Shown: in pieces, positions 37,004-46,044 of the stretch
Layout of the letters: each line of letters opens with the position of its first letter
Numbering within the stretch: the stretch's first letter is position 1
NCBI GenBank assembly: GCA_964364285.1
Contig: CAYIKZ010000004.1
Span: 1 to 56,763 of the forward strand
Direction: 5' to 3'
DNA length: 56,763 nt
DNA from: an uncultured Candidatus Saccharibacteria bacterium
GTDB taxonomy: Bacteria > Patescibacteriota > Doudnabacteria > UBA920 > VMFF01
Notes under the pieces: model-generated
The model's input: only the letters and a program-made list of their open reading frames with translations
Database searches by the model: none
Told to the model about the DNA's origin: nothing
Position numbers and translations under genes: made by a program

Positions 37004-38482
37004 TTAAGACAACTCAGGACCAAACACCTCAAAAGCAACAGCAGAAGTATCAACTCCTTGTGGAGTGTCTTTTTTTTGTAGTGTCATTTCCAAGGAAAAC
37101 TCTGTTTCAAAGGCATTCCTTAAAATATTAAGCAAAACTTCTTTGTTCTTCGCATTCTCGAGCGCGTCTTTATGAAACTTAAAATCACATTGTAAAACAA
37201 GATGATTATTCTCAGCAGATTGTAAGTAAACGTTTTTCATGACAGCAAAAAGAGTGCTTGCTTGTTCTTTAAGCTCAAGCAAAATCTTTGGCCAAGCTGC
37301 AAAAACATCAGCCTCTAATACCGCTTTATCTACCAATAGCTTTTTTTTTACTTCTTTCACTGTGTCTTTAACCGCCTCAGTAACAACTAAAGATGCTTTT
37401 ACAACAGTACCCTGCTCTGTTAAACACGCTTCCGCAGCAGCAATCTCAACTGGTAACTCAACGTTTGGACTTATTGCAAAATCTTTGTTTGCTCTCAAGA
37501 ACAACCTTATTACATACATTAAATGTTGTGGTTTTACTTCCTGTGCTTGTCTTGTTAAGTTTTCTTTTTGAGTTTGGTCTAATGCAAAATCCATGTCTGC
37601 ACCAAGAGAAATCATTAAAACCTTTCTTAAGTACTCAAGAAAATCTTTGTTAAACTGGATTGGATCTACTCCGGAATTAAAGATCTCTGAAAGAAAGTTT
37701 AAAGCATCAGCAGCGTTTTTCTTGTTTAATAGGTCTAAGAATTTCTGTGATGCAATTACATTAGTTATACCAAGTAATGCTTCTGCTTGTGCAAGGTCGA
37801 TTTTTTCAAATGTAGAAAGCTTGTCTAATATTGAAAGCGCGTCTCTAACACTTCCTTCTGCTGAGTTAACAACAAGCTCTAAGCTTTCTTTATCAATCTT
37901 AATTTTCTCTTTTTTTGAGACTTCCTCCAAATATTCTAAAAGTCTTGCGTTATCTATCTTTTTAAAGTCAAAACGCTGAGTTCTTGAAATGATGGTTGCA
38001 GGAACTTTATGAACCTCTGTTGTCGCAAGGATAAAGACTGCGTGCGCTGGTGGTTCTTCTAATGTCTTTAGAAGCGCATTAAAAGCACCCTTAGAAAGCA
38101 TATGAACCTCATCAATGATGAAAACCTTGTACTTAGCGCTTGTAGGGCTGAATTTTAAATGCTCTGTAATTTCCCTGATATTCTCAACGCCTGTATTTGA
38201 CGCTGCGTCTATTTCTACTAAATCTAAACCAGTGTTGTTTAAAAACTGCTTGCAGTTATCACAGTTGTTGCAAGGTTCTCCGTTTTTTTGTTTAGCGCAG
38301 TTTATAGCTCTGGCTAATATTCTTGCAACAGAAGTCTTACCTGTACCTCTTGTTCCTGTGAATAGGTAGGCATGCGCAAAAGAACCTGCTGCAATTGCTT
38401 TTTGCAGGGTCGTCTTAATATGCTCTTGGTTTATAACCTCGGAAAAAGACTTTGGTCTGTAATCTCTGTATAGGACTGGCAT
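37004..38482 (-). CDS. dnaX: DNA polymerase III subunit gamma/tau
   Basis: AAA+ Walker A GTRGTGKTS, a zinc module CNNCDNC, and the SRTQRF sensor motif. Confidence 0.95.
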   Translation of the reverse strand: MPVLYRDYRPKSFSEVINQEHIKTTLQKAIAAGSFAHAYLFTGTRGTGKTSVARILARAINCAKQKNGEPCNNCDNCKQFLNNTGLDLVEIDAASNTGVENIREITEHLKFSPTSAKYKVFIIDEVHMLSKGAFNALLKTLEEPPAHAVFILATTEVHKVPATIISRTQRFDFKKIDNARLLEYLEEVSKKEKIKIDKESLELVVNSAEGSVRDALSILDKLSTFEKIDLAQAEALLGITNVIASQKFLDLLNKKNAADALNFLSEIFNSGVDPIQFNKDFLEYLRKVLMISLGADMDFALDQTQKENLTRQAQEVKPQHLMYVIRLFLRANKDFAISPNVELPVEIAAAEACLTEQGTVVKASLVVTEAVKDTVKEVKKKLLVDKAVLEADVFAAWPKILLELKEQASTLFAVMKNVYLQSAENNHLVLQCDFKFHKDALENAKNKEVLLNILRNAFETEFSLEMTLQKKDTPQGVDTSAVAFEVFGPELS

Positions 38483-38526
38483 GAATAGAGTATATCAAAA
38501 AACCGGTGGTTCGGCGATTGATATTG

Positions 38527-39189
38527 TTATGATTTTAATACTATCTTTTTAAGGTCTAAAAGGTTGGTTATGATGTGGTCTGGTTTATGTTTAACAAGTA
38601 GTTTTCTGCTGTGGTATCCACCTGTAATTGCGGCTGTTTTAGCTTTAATCTCCTTCCCTATCTGTATTTCTTCTACAGTGTCACCAACAAGTAAAACTTC
38701 TTTTGATTTGAAGCCTTTCTTTTTGATGTAGGCTACGAGTTTTTCTTTCTTGCTTCTTCCATTGAAAGAACCACCTCTTCCATCATTACCGATTAAGACA
38801 TCAAAGTATTCCCCTATATCCAGTCTCTTCATCTGTTTGTCTAATCCATCCAAACTATGATTGCTGAAAATTATCACAGTTATTTTTTGTTTTTTAAGCC
38901 ACTTTAAGATGTCCCTTGTGCCTGTTCTGGTTCTTGCTTTAACTGCCCAAGCTTCGTAAGCATCGTGAAAAGCATGAACAATGTAATCAGCATTTTCATC
39001 TATCTCTTCTTGTGTAAAACCATGGGCTAGAAACATTTTTGAAATGGGAACGTCAAAAATCTCTTGATATCTCTTGAAAGACAAAAACGGTTTATTCAAA
39101 ACCTTAAAAATGTCGTTGTCTATTTTCCAACAAATAACCGCGTCTGCGAGTAATGTGCCGTTCCAATCAAAAGCTACTAATTTAATCAT
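38527..39189 (-). CDS. HAD superfamily hydrolase
   Basis: Motif I FDWNGTL and motif IV GDTVEE. Confidence 0.8.
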   Translation of the reverse strand: MIKLVAFDWNGTLLADAVICWKIDNDIFKVLNKPFLSFKRYQEIFDVPISKMFLAHGFTQEEIDENADYIVHAFHDAYEAWAVKARTRTGTRDILKWLKKQKITVIIFSNHSLDGLDKQMKRLDIGEYFDVLIGNDGRGGSFNGRSKKEKLVAYIKKKGFKSKEVLLVGDTVEEIQIGKEIKAKTAAITGGYHSRKLLVKHKPDHIITNLLDLKKIVLKS

Positions 39190-39216
39190 ACGGTTCTTTT
39201 AATATCCAAAGTATAT

Positions 39217-39243
39217 CAAAAAACCCGACGCTTGTCGGGTTTA
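39217..39243 (-). terminator. intrinsic terminator after the GtrA-like gene
   Basis: AAACCCGAC-gctt-GTCGGGTTT, with T6 on the minus strand. Confidence 0.8.
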
Positions 39244-39255
39244 AAATATTTTCAA

Positions 39256-39696
39256 TTATTTTCCTTTTTTCTCGAAGACTATGACCTTGTAACCTATGAA
39301 GTTCCAAACAAGACCAAAGGCTGTTCCGAACAAAGCGCCAATACTTGGCCAGACTGCTTGCGAAACAATGATTGGTGGAATGTAGTTAACAACTAGGCTT
39401 GATACCGCAACGTTTATTACAAAACCAACTAAACTAACAATGGTGAACTCACTGACTTCTATAACTCTGTTACTTGTTCCTTTACCTGCAAAGGTCCAGT
39501 ACTTATTCATGAAGTAGCTGTTTGTCAGAGCAGCCACAAATGATATTGATTTAAAGACTGTGTAGAAGAAGCCCTTTTCTCCTACATGACTTACTGTAAT
39601 TAAGACGTTTAAGACAACTAGATCAACGCCTGTGTTTATGACACCGACAATCGCGAACCTGACTATTTGTTGAATTAAACTTTTGCTAAATTTCAT
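39256..39696 (-). CDS. GtrA family membrane protein
   Basis: QIVRFAIVGVINTGVDL N-terminal motif and four TM segments. Confidence 0.8.
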   Translation of the reverse strand: MKFSKSLIQQIVRFAIVGVINTGVDLVVLNVLITVSHVGEKGFFYTVFKSISFVAALTNSYFMNKYWTFAGKGTSNRVIEVSEFTIVSLVGFVINVAVSSLVVNYIPPIIVSQAVWPSIGALFGTAFGLVWNFIGYKVIVFEKKGK

Positions 39697-40313
39697 TAGA
39701 TTTCATCCATTTCATGTTCTTCTGCTGGGTTTCCATTTTTAGAAACCGCACCAACAACCTCATGGTCCTGAGGAACTCCGCCTTTAATTACGTTCTCAAC
39801 CGCAGCCCAGGAAGAATCATGATCAGCAGGTACAACTATTGTAACCTGATCACCATTTTCTGCTTTAAAGTAAGTTAATGAAGCAAGAAGAACCTTAAAA
39901 GTCTTGCTATCTGCAATTACTTTGTAATTCCCAGTATCATCTTTTGTTAACAAACCAATTATTTTTCTTCTTTCTACTGGCCCTATTTGTTTGTAGATGA
40001 AAGAACCATCTTCTGAAATTGTTAACTTTAAAACATCCCCTTCTACAAGCTTGCTCTTTGAAGCATAGTTTGCAGGAACAGGATATTGTTTCCCGTCTGG
40101 TCCGATCATGTTTTGACCGTCAAAGACTCCTTCGATTATTTTACCACCCTCAGTTACTGAAAGCATCTGCGCTTTCTCTGAAAGCTTTGCGCTGTTGTCT
40201 GTTATATCTCTACCACCAAGCATTTCTCTTAGAAGCTGCTTTGCGGATCTGATGTTCTTCTCTGCAGAATCAATCATCTGCATAGCAAGAGCCAAATTTG
40301 CTAATTTGTCCAT
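39696..40313 (-). CDS. hypothetical protein (205 aa)
   Basis: Soluble ORF whose stop overlaps the gtrA-like start. No motif recognised. Confidence 0.55.
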   Translation of the reverse strand: MDKLANLALAMQMIDSAEKNIRSAKQLLREMLGGRDITDNSAKLSEKAQMLSVTEGGKIIEGVFDGQNMIGPDGKQYPVPANYASKSKLVEGDVLKLTISEDGSFIYKQIGPVERRKIIGLLTKDDTGNYKVIADSKTFKVLLASLTYFKAENGDQVTIVVPADHDSSWAAVENVIKGGVPQDHEVVGAVSKNGNPAEEHEMDEI

Positions 40314-40411
40314 TTTTCCCCTTAACTTTTATTTTTGTATTTAATGACCTTTTGTTTCAATCGAAATTAACTATGTATATTATATCACACTATAGTTTTC
40401 CCCTGCTGTGG

Positions 40412-42934
40412 TTAAACGGTTTTCTCTGTATTAAAGCCTGCTTTTGCCATATATTCAGCGACTTGGCTAGCTTCTAGAATTTCTGCTTCAACCTCTTCTC
40501 TTAAACGACCGTACTTGAGTCTTGAAAGCTCCCTTATTGCTGAAGCCATCTCTCTTTGACCCCCAGGAAGCGGTGGCATGGTCTGCATATTAAAAGGTTT
40601 TGACCCTGTCCCGTTTATCATCAACTTAACATATGCACTAAACCTATCAATATTAACCAAATCAAAATCACTAAATACTGGAGAAAATTCTTTTGCCATA
40701 GTTTCTGCATCTTCAACACCGATTCTAAAGCAGATTTCTGTACCAGCGTTTCCAAAGACAGCGTCTCTAATATCTTTGCTACCAGCGCCTTGTGCACCTG
40801 CTTGTTGTTCAAGCTGTCCTAAATATTGATGTGCAATGACTAAGTTTAAACGGTATTTTCTTGCTTCAGAAAGAATTGAAGAAAAAGCATCTGTAATAAA
40901 GTTTTGAAACTCATCAACGTATAGATAGAAATCACGACGATCTTGTTCTCTTGGAATGTCTGAACGTGAAAGAGCTGCCATTTGAATCTTAGAAACAAGG
41001 ATTAAACCAAGCAATTTTGAGTTAATCTCCCCTGTTTTTCCTTTTGCCAAGTTAACTAACAATATTTTCCCGTTATCCATAATATCTCTGAAATCAAAAC
41101 CTGACTTTGCTTGTCCTATGATATTGCGCATTGTTGCGTTTTCAACAAAACGTCCTACTTTAGAAATTAAGTATCCAAGCATTTCTGATTTGTGGAAATC
41201 AGATGTTTTTGCCATTTCTTTTTCCCAAAAGTTTCTAACAACTAAATCTTTAACTTTAGAAACCTTGTACTTTTGAAATTCTGTGTCTGTAAAGATTCTT
41301 GGAATATCAACAATTGTTCCCGGATGTTCCTGATCAGCCATTAAGGTTAGCATGGCATTCCTCATGTTGTGCTCAAACATCGGACCAAGCATTGAAGGAT
41401 CAGTAACAAGTTTGTAGAAGATTGAGATCATTTCTTGAACTGCAAAATCTTTTTGTTCCTCGCTTCTAACTTCTAGGATGTTTAATCCAACAGGTCTGTC
41501 TGTATCAAATGGTTCAAAGAGGATGACATCTTCAGCACGTTCTTTTGGAATGTGTTCTAAGATTCCTTCTACTAAATCACCATGGGGATCAATTAAACAC
41601 AAACCTTCGCCGTTTTTAATATCCTGAATTGCCATGTTTTTCAAAAGCTCTGATTTACCAGAACCAGTTCGCCCAATCATGTACATGTGCCTTCTGCGAT
41701 CATCACGAGCAATACGAATGTCTGTAACTACGTTTCTGTAAATATTTTTACCTAAAAGAATTCCTTCGGTTGGAATATTAACAGGAGCTGGGGCTCTCTT
41801 AGACAACAACCATTTAATGTTTGGTGTTTCAGTAAATGGAGTTGGTAAATGCCAGATGCTTGCAAGTTCTTCAGTGTTTAAAATGAATTTGTTTCCATAA
41901 TCATTAAAGGCTCTAAATATGTAATCTAATAAGATTTTGTTATCATTTCTTTTCTTGATCTTAAAACCATTAAACGGCAGAATGGTATATTGCATAAATG
42001 ATGCGATGATATTGCGCATGTGCACATCAGCGCTGGTTACGTCTTTTGCAGAAGTTATGATTCTAACGTTTGCTTTGTAACCTGGTCTACTTGCTTTTTC
42101 TTCTAAACGCTTAACAATCTCTTGTTGCATTGGCGTTAGATTGATCGGGTTATCCAAACCAGAGAGGTCTCTTGAAGAACGACTTGGATTTTTCTTACCA
42201 GCATTGCTTCTAAAGATTAAGTCATGAAAAGCACGAGCAATGATTCCCTTTTCAACAACTGCAGGGTTTTTCCCTTGCTGTATATCCAAAGCCATGTGCC
42301 TTGGTTTTTTCTGCCAACGATCTCCAGCTGGGCTTATGATTAACTGAATTACAGCGCCTTCGCTTTCATCCAGCTTAGACATCGCATTAGTGATTGCATT
42401 CAACGGATCTGTTTCCATCAGTTTGTAAGTTCTGAAAGGATATACGTATTTCTTTTGCAATATTAATTCAGTTGTTGCTTGAACTGCTCCTTGAACAAAA
42501 GGGTTGTAACCAGCTATCTGTTCAATCTGTGCTGTTGGATACTGAGCATGAATTTGTTTTTCAATGATATCTTTTAATGTTGAAGGGCAATTTATATAGA
42601 AGGATATCTTTTTTTCAAAAGCAGCAATCTCAAAAGAAATATAATCGCTTTTGCCAAAAAAGGTTTGTTTTGATCCTGCCTCAGAAAGTGTTGTGAAAAT
42701 CTGTTCAGCAACAGAGATGAGCTGTTTCTTTTGTTCTAAGTCTTTGTAATTTTCCTGATCCGCTGTTTCTTTAGGGATTTGCAATTCAAAGAAGACCGAG
42801 TTCTTTATCCTCGGAACAACATCTTTAGAATATTTTCTGTTTCTTAGCCAATAATGTAAAAACACAGCTACAAAAGCTGCAACAAGAACAACTAGAACTA
42901 TGTATGATCCTAAAAGTATGTTTTGCGCTGTCAT
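40412..42934 (-). CDS. membrane-anchored FtsK/HerA-superfamily ATPase, type IV coupling protein (VirD4/TraD)-like
   Basis: N-terminal TM segment, Walker A GRTGSGKS, Walker B FYLYVDEFQNF, and the C-terminal ARKYRLNLVIAHQYLGQL motif. Confidence 0.75.
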   Translation of the reverse strand: MTAQNILLGSYIVLVVLVAAFVAVFLHYWLRNRKYSKDVVPRIKNSVFFELQIPKETADQENYKDLEQKKQLISVAEQIFTTLSEAGSKQTFFGKSDYISFEIAAFEKKISFYINCPSTLKDIIEKQIHAQYPTAQIEQIAGYNPFVQGAVQATTELILQKKYVYPFRTYKLMETDPLNAITNAMSKLDESEGAVIQLIISPAGDRWQKKPRHMALDIQQGKNPAVVEKGIIARAFHDLIFRSNAGKKNPSRSSRDLSGLDNPINLTPMQQEIVKRLEEKASRPGYKANVRIITSAKDVTSADVHMRNIIASFMQYTILPFNGFKIKKRNDNKILLDYIFRAFNDYGNKFILNTEELASIWHLPTPFTETPNIKWLLSKRAPAPVNIPTEGILLGKNIYRNVVTDIRIARDDRRRHMYMIGRTGSGKSELLKNMAIQDIKNGEGLCLIDPHGDLVEGILEHIPKERAEDVILFEPFDTDRPVGLNILEVRSEEQKDFAVQEMISIFYKLVTDPSMLGPMFEHNMRNAMLTLMADQEHPGTIVDIPRIFTDTEFQKYKVSKVKDLVVRNFWEKEMAKTSDFHKSEMLGYLISKVGRFVENATMRNIIGQAKSGFDFRDIMDNGKILLVNLAKGKTGEINSKLLGLILVSKIQMAALSRSDIPREQDRRDFYLYVDEFQNFITDAFSSILSEARKYRLNLVIAHQYLGQLEQQAGAQGAGSKDIRDAVFGNAGTEICFRIGVEDAETMAKEFSPVFSDFDLVNIDRFSAYVKLMINGTGSKPFNMQTMPPLPGGQREMASAIRELSRLKYGRLREEVEAEILEASQVAEYMAKAGFNTEKTV

Positions 42935-42966
42935 TTTGTTTTTATTTTTGTTTCTGGATTAGTTTG

Positions 42967-43302
42967 CTATTCTTTTCTATTTATCAATCCATTTACCAGA
43001 TCAGCAGCACTTAATTCACCAGTCCTCTTTTTTTCAAGTAATTGCCCTGCTGTTATTTTTCCATCTAAGAAATCAGGTACTGCTGTGTTTACTCCCACAG
43101 ATTCTTGAGTCGCTTGTATTTGCTCTGGGGTTTGTTCAACAGCATCAGTAACTGGAATATCACCAGTAGTAACTACTGGTGTTTCAGGTGTTGTTGCCTG
43201 TTCTGGTCCTGGAATCTGTGAAGTGCCCTGTCTTTCGACTGTTTCGAAAGCACTTTCTGCTCTTCTCTCTGATTCTGGAATTAGTTGTTCTGGTGTGGAC
43301 AT
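42967..43302 (-). CDS. hypothetical acidic, T/P/E/Q-rich protein (111 aa)
   Basis: ORF immediately upstream of the ATPase. Low-complexity N-terminal two thirds. Confidence 0.45.
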   Translation of the reverse strand: MSTPEQLIPESERRAESAFETVERQGTSQIPGPEQATTPETPVVTTGDIPVTDAVEQTPEQIQATQESVGVNTAVPDFLDGKITAGQLLEKKRTGELSAADLVNGLINRKE

Positions 43303-43332
43303 ATCTTTATATATCTAAATTATACCATTTAT

Positions 43333-43361
43333 TTGCTATATCGTTAACAAACGATTATAAT
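43333..43361 (+). promoter_or_regulatory. promoter of the CorA-like gene
   Basis: TTGCTA, a 17-nt spacer, then TATAAT. Confidence 0.6.
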
Positions 43362-43427
43362 ACAAACACGCAAAAATGTAAAGGAGCTAAGGAAGGCTCC
43401 TGAAACCAAAACAAAGCTAAGACAAAA

Positions 43428-44348
43428 ATGAGCCTTAAAATAATCCATACTAAAAATCTTCGTTGGATTGATGTCGTAAAACCACAAACAGAGGAAATCA
43501 ATTACTTAAGAACAAATTTTGATTTCCATCCTCTTGATTATGAGCAAATTCAAGTTTCTTCGCAGCACGCTAAGATGGAAAGCCATCCAGAATACCAACA
43601 TATCGTCTTAATCTTTCCAGTTTTTAACAGGAAAACCAGAGAAATACTTCCTTCTGAAGTAGATTTTTTTGTTGGCAAAGATTTCGTTGTTACCGTTCAC
43701 GATGGTTCAATGTATACAATGCTGCATATTTTTGAGAATGTTCATAAGATTGCAACTGAACGACAAGAATTCATGTCCAAGAACTCTGGGTACCTTTTGT
43801 ATCAAATATTAGAATCACTTTTCAGGAGAAGCTTCCCAATTCTTGATCATATCACTAAGGATATGACTGAAATTGAGAAAGATATCTTTGATGATCTGAG
43901 TTTACCAATGCTTGAAAAGATTTCTTTGATGAAAAGAAACATCATAGATTTCAGAAGGATCATGAAAACACACCATTTGGTTTTGAAAAAAATCATGGTT
44001 AAAAAAGAAGTGTACATGGTGTTTCCTGAAAACAAGCCATATTACAATGCTCTTTTAGAACATGCGGAAAACATTTGGGATATTCTTTCAATCCAAAAAG
44101 AAACAATTGAAGCACTAGCTGAAGCAAACACGTCTCTTGCAACAAACCACCTTAATCAAACAACAAAGATTGTTACAGTTCTTTCTGCTTTGTTCTTGCC
44201 AGCATCTTTCGTGATGTTTTTCTTTGCACTACATCTTCCAGGACGACCTTTTGAAAATACACCTAATGGTTTCTGGCTCATCTTGGCAATCGCTGTGGGT
44301 GGATCAATCACTTTGTTTGCATTTTTCAAATCCAAAAAATGGTTTTAA
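43428..44348 (+). CDS. CorA-family-like divalent cation channel lacking the GMN signature
   Basis: CorA-like length and architecture with two C-terminal TM segments. The position of YGMNF reads FFALHL. Confidence 0.65.
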   Translation: MSLKIIHTKNLRWIDVVKPQTEEINYLRTNFDFHPLDYEQIQVSSQHAKMESHPEYQHIVLIFPVFNRKTREILPSEVDFFVGKDFVVTVHDGSMYTMLHIFENVHKIATERQEFMSKNSGYLLYQILESLFRRSFPILDHITKDMTEIEKDIFDDLSLPMLEKISLMKRNIIDFRRIMKTHHLVLKKIMVKKEVYMVFPENKPYYNALLEHAENIWDILSIQKETIEALAEANTSLATNHLNQTTKIVTVLSALFLPASFVMFFFALHLPGRPFENTPNGFWLILAIAVGGSITLFAFFKSKKWF

Positions 44349-44387
44349 CCTTTAGATTCTTTAGTAATTGTGTGATAACATAGGGGT

Positions 44388-45815
44388 ATGAATTTAAAGA
44401 TTTTCAACACTTTAAAACACTCTGTGGAGGACTTTAAACCGTCAGACAAACACAAGGTTAAGCTATATACTTGTGGTCCGACCGTGTATAACAATGTGCA
44501 TATCGGCAACCTCCGTTCATATATCAATGCCGATGTTTTAAAACGCGCCCTTGAGTTTAATGGCTATGCTGTTGATTGGGTAATGAATGTTACGGATGTT
44601 GATGACAAAACCATAAACAACACTATTAAAGAGTTTGGTAATGGCGCTAATACAGAACAATTAAAAACCTTTACCGCCAGGTATTTTGAAGGTTTTCTTG
44701 AAGATTTAGAGAAGATAAATGTAAATCAAAAAGATATTAGTTTTGTTAAGGTTACTGACAAAATTCCTGATATCCAAGACTTCATCCTTGCCCTCATAAA
44801 AAAGGGCTACGCATACAAAGCTGATGATGGTTCAACATATTTCAGTATTGAAAAATATCAAAAAGATTTTGGTGATTATGGCAATCTTGTTGGAGAAAAG
44901 TTTTTAGAAGGTAAAAAGATTGGTGCGAGAGTTAAAGTTGATGAATACGACAAGGAAAATCTTTCTGATTTTGCACTTTGGAAAGCACATGAGGATGACA
45001 ACGCTAAGATATTCTGGGAACACAAAGATCTGGGTCCAGGACATCCTGGATGGCATATTGAATGCAGCTTAATTAACTATCTAAAGTTTCCTGATGGCAC
45101 TGATATTCATACTGGCGGTGTTGATTTAATATTTCCTCACCACACTAATGAAATTGCACAGGCTCAACCAATCTACAAACCATTTGTAAATTACTGGGTT
45201 CATTCAGAACACATTTTGGTTAATGGTGCGAAGATGGCAAAATCTGCTGGTAATTACTTTGTTTTAAAGGATCTAGAGGAAGAAAAAATCGCTAATGGTC
45301 TTGCTTTAAGATATTTGGTTCTGCAATCACATTACAGAAGCAGATTAAATGTTACTAAAAAAAGTTTACTCGCTGCTAAGAATGGGTACGAAAATATTAT
45401 TAAGGAAGTTTCTCTTTTAAAAAACAAGCTTCAGGATTTTGATCCAAATGTTGGAACAGTTAATGATATTTACTATGAAAAGTTTAAAGATACGCTTAAT
45501 GATGATATAGACACACCTGCTGCGCTTGCTGTATTCCACGAGTTACTTAAATCAAAAGTTTCCGACAGTGAGAAACTACAAACAATCTACAAAATGGATG
45601 AAGTTTTAGGTCTTAGTCTAGAAAACGCTTCTAGTTCTGAAAAAGAATTAAAACCAGATCAATTCCCTAGTGACTTAAAGGATTTATACACAAAACGCCT
45701 TACTGCAAGATCAAACAAAGACTTTACGCTCTCTGATCACTTAAGAGAAGAGATTGAAAAACTTGGGTACAGAGTCATTGATACAAAAGACGGTATTCAG
45801 ATATATAAATATTAA
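44388..45815 (+). CDS. cysS: cysteine--tRNA ligase
   Basis: HIGN and KMAKSAGN (KMSKS) class I motifs plus a CysRS-specific core. Confidence 0.95.
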   Translation: MNLKIFNTLKHSVEDFKPSDKHKVKLYTCGPTVYNNVHIGNLRSYINADVLKRALEFNGYAVDWVMNVTDVDDKTINNTIKEFGNGANTEQLKTFTARYFEGFLEDLEKINVNQKDISFVKVTDKIPDIQDFILALIKKGYAYKADDGSTYFSIEKYQKDFGDYGNLVGEKFLEGKKIGARVKVDEYDKENLSDFALWKAHEDDNAKIFWEHKDLGPGHPGWHIECSLINYLKFPDGTDIHTGGVDLIFPHHTNEIAQAQPIYKPFVNYWVHSEHILVNGAKMAKSAGNYFVLKDLEEEKIANGLALRYLVLQSHYRSRLNVTKKSLLAAKNGYENIIKEVSLLKNKLQDFDPNVGTVNDIYYEKFKDTLNDDIDTPAALAVFHELLKSKVSDSEKLQTIYKMDEVLGLSLENASSSEKELKPDQFPSDLKDLYTKRLTARSNKDFTLSDHLREEIEKLGYRVIDTKDGIQIYKY

Positions 45816-45875
45816 AACTAGACTGGATAAACAACAAAATTAAAATCACCTACTCATAATTAAAATATCTTTAAT

Positions 45876-46025
45876 TTAAAAACTTTCTTCATCCTTTCCC
45901 TCTTCTGTCCCTAATAACTCCAAAGTTTCCCTATACTCTTTCACTGCCCTATCAACTGCTTCAACAATTATCTCAAAATTTTCTTTATCAGAGCAGAGCG
46001 AATTATTTATTATTTCTTTAGACAT
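45876..46025 (-). CDS. unannotated 49-aa acidic ORF (MSKEIINNSLCSDKENFEIIVEAVDRAVKEYRETLELLGTEEGKDEESF)
   Basis: Translated by hand. It starts 19 nt downstream of the dinD stop on the same strand. It is below the track cut-off. Confidence 0.35.
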   Translation of the reverse strand: MSKEIINNSLCSDKENFEIIVEAVDRAVKEYRETLELLGTEEGKDEESF

Positions 46026-46044
46026 AGTTTCAACAACATATTAT

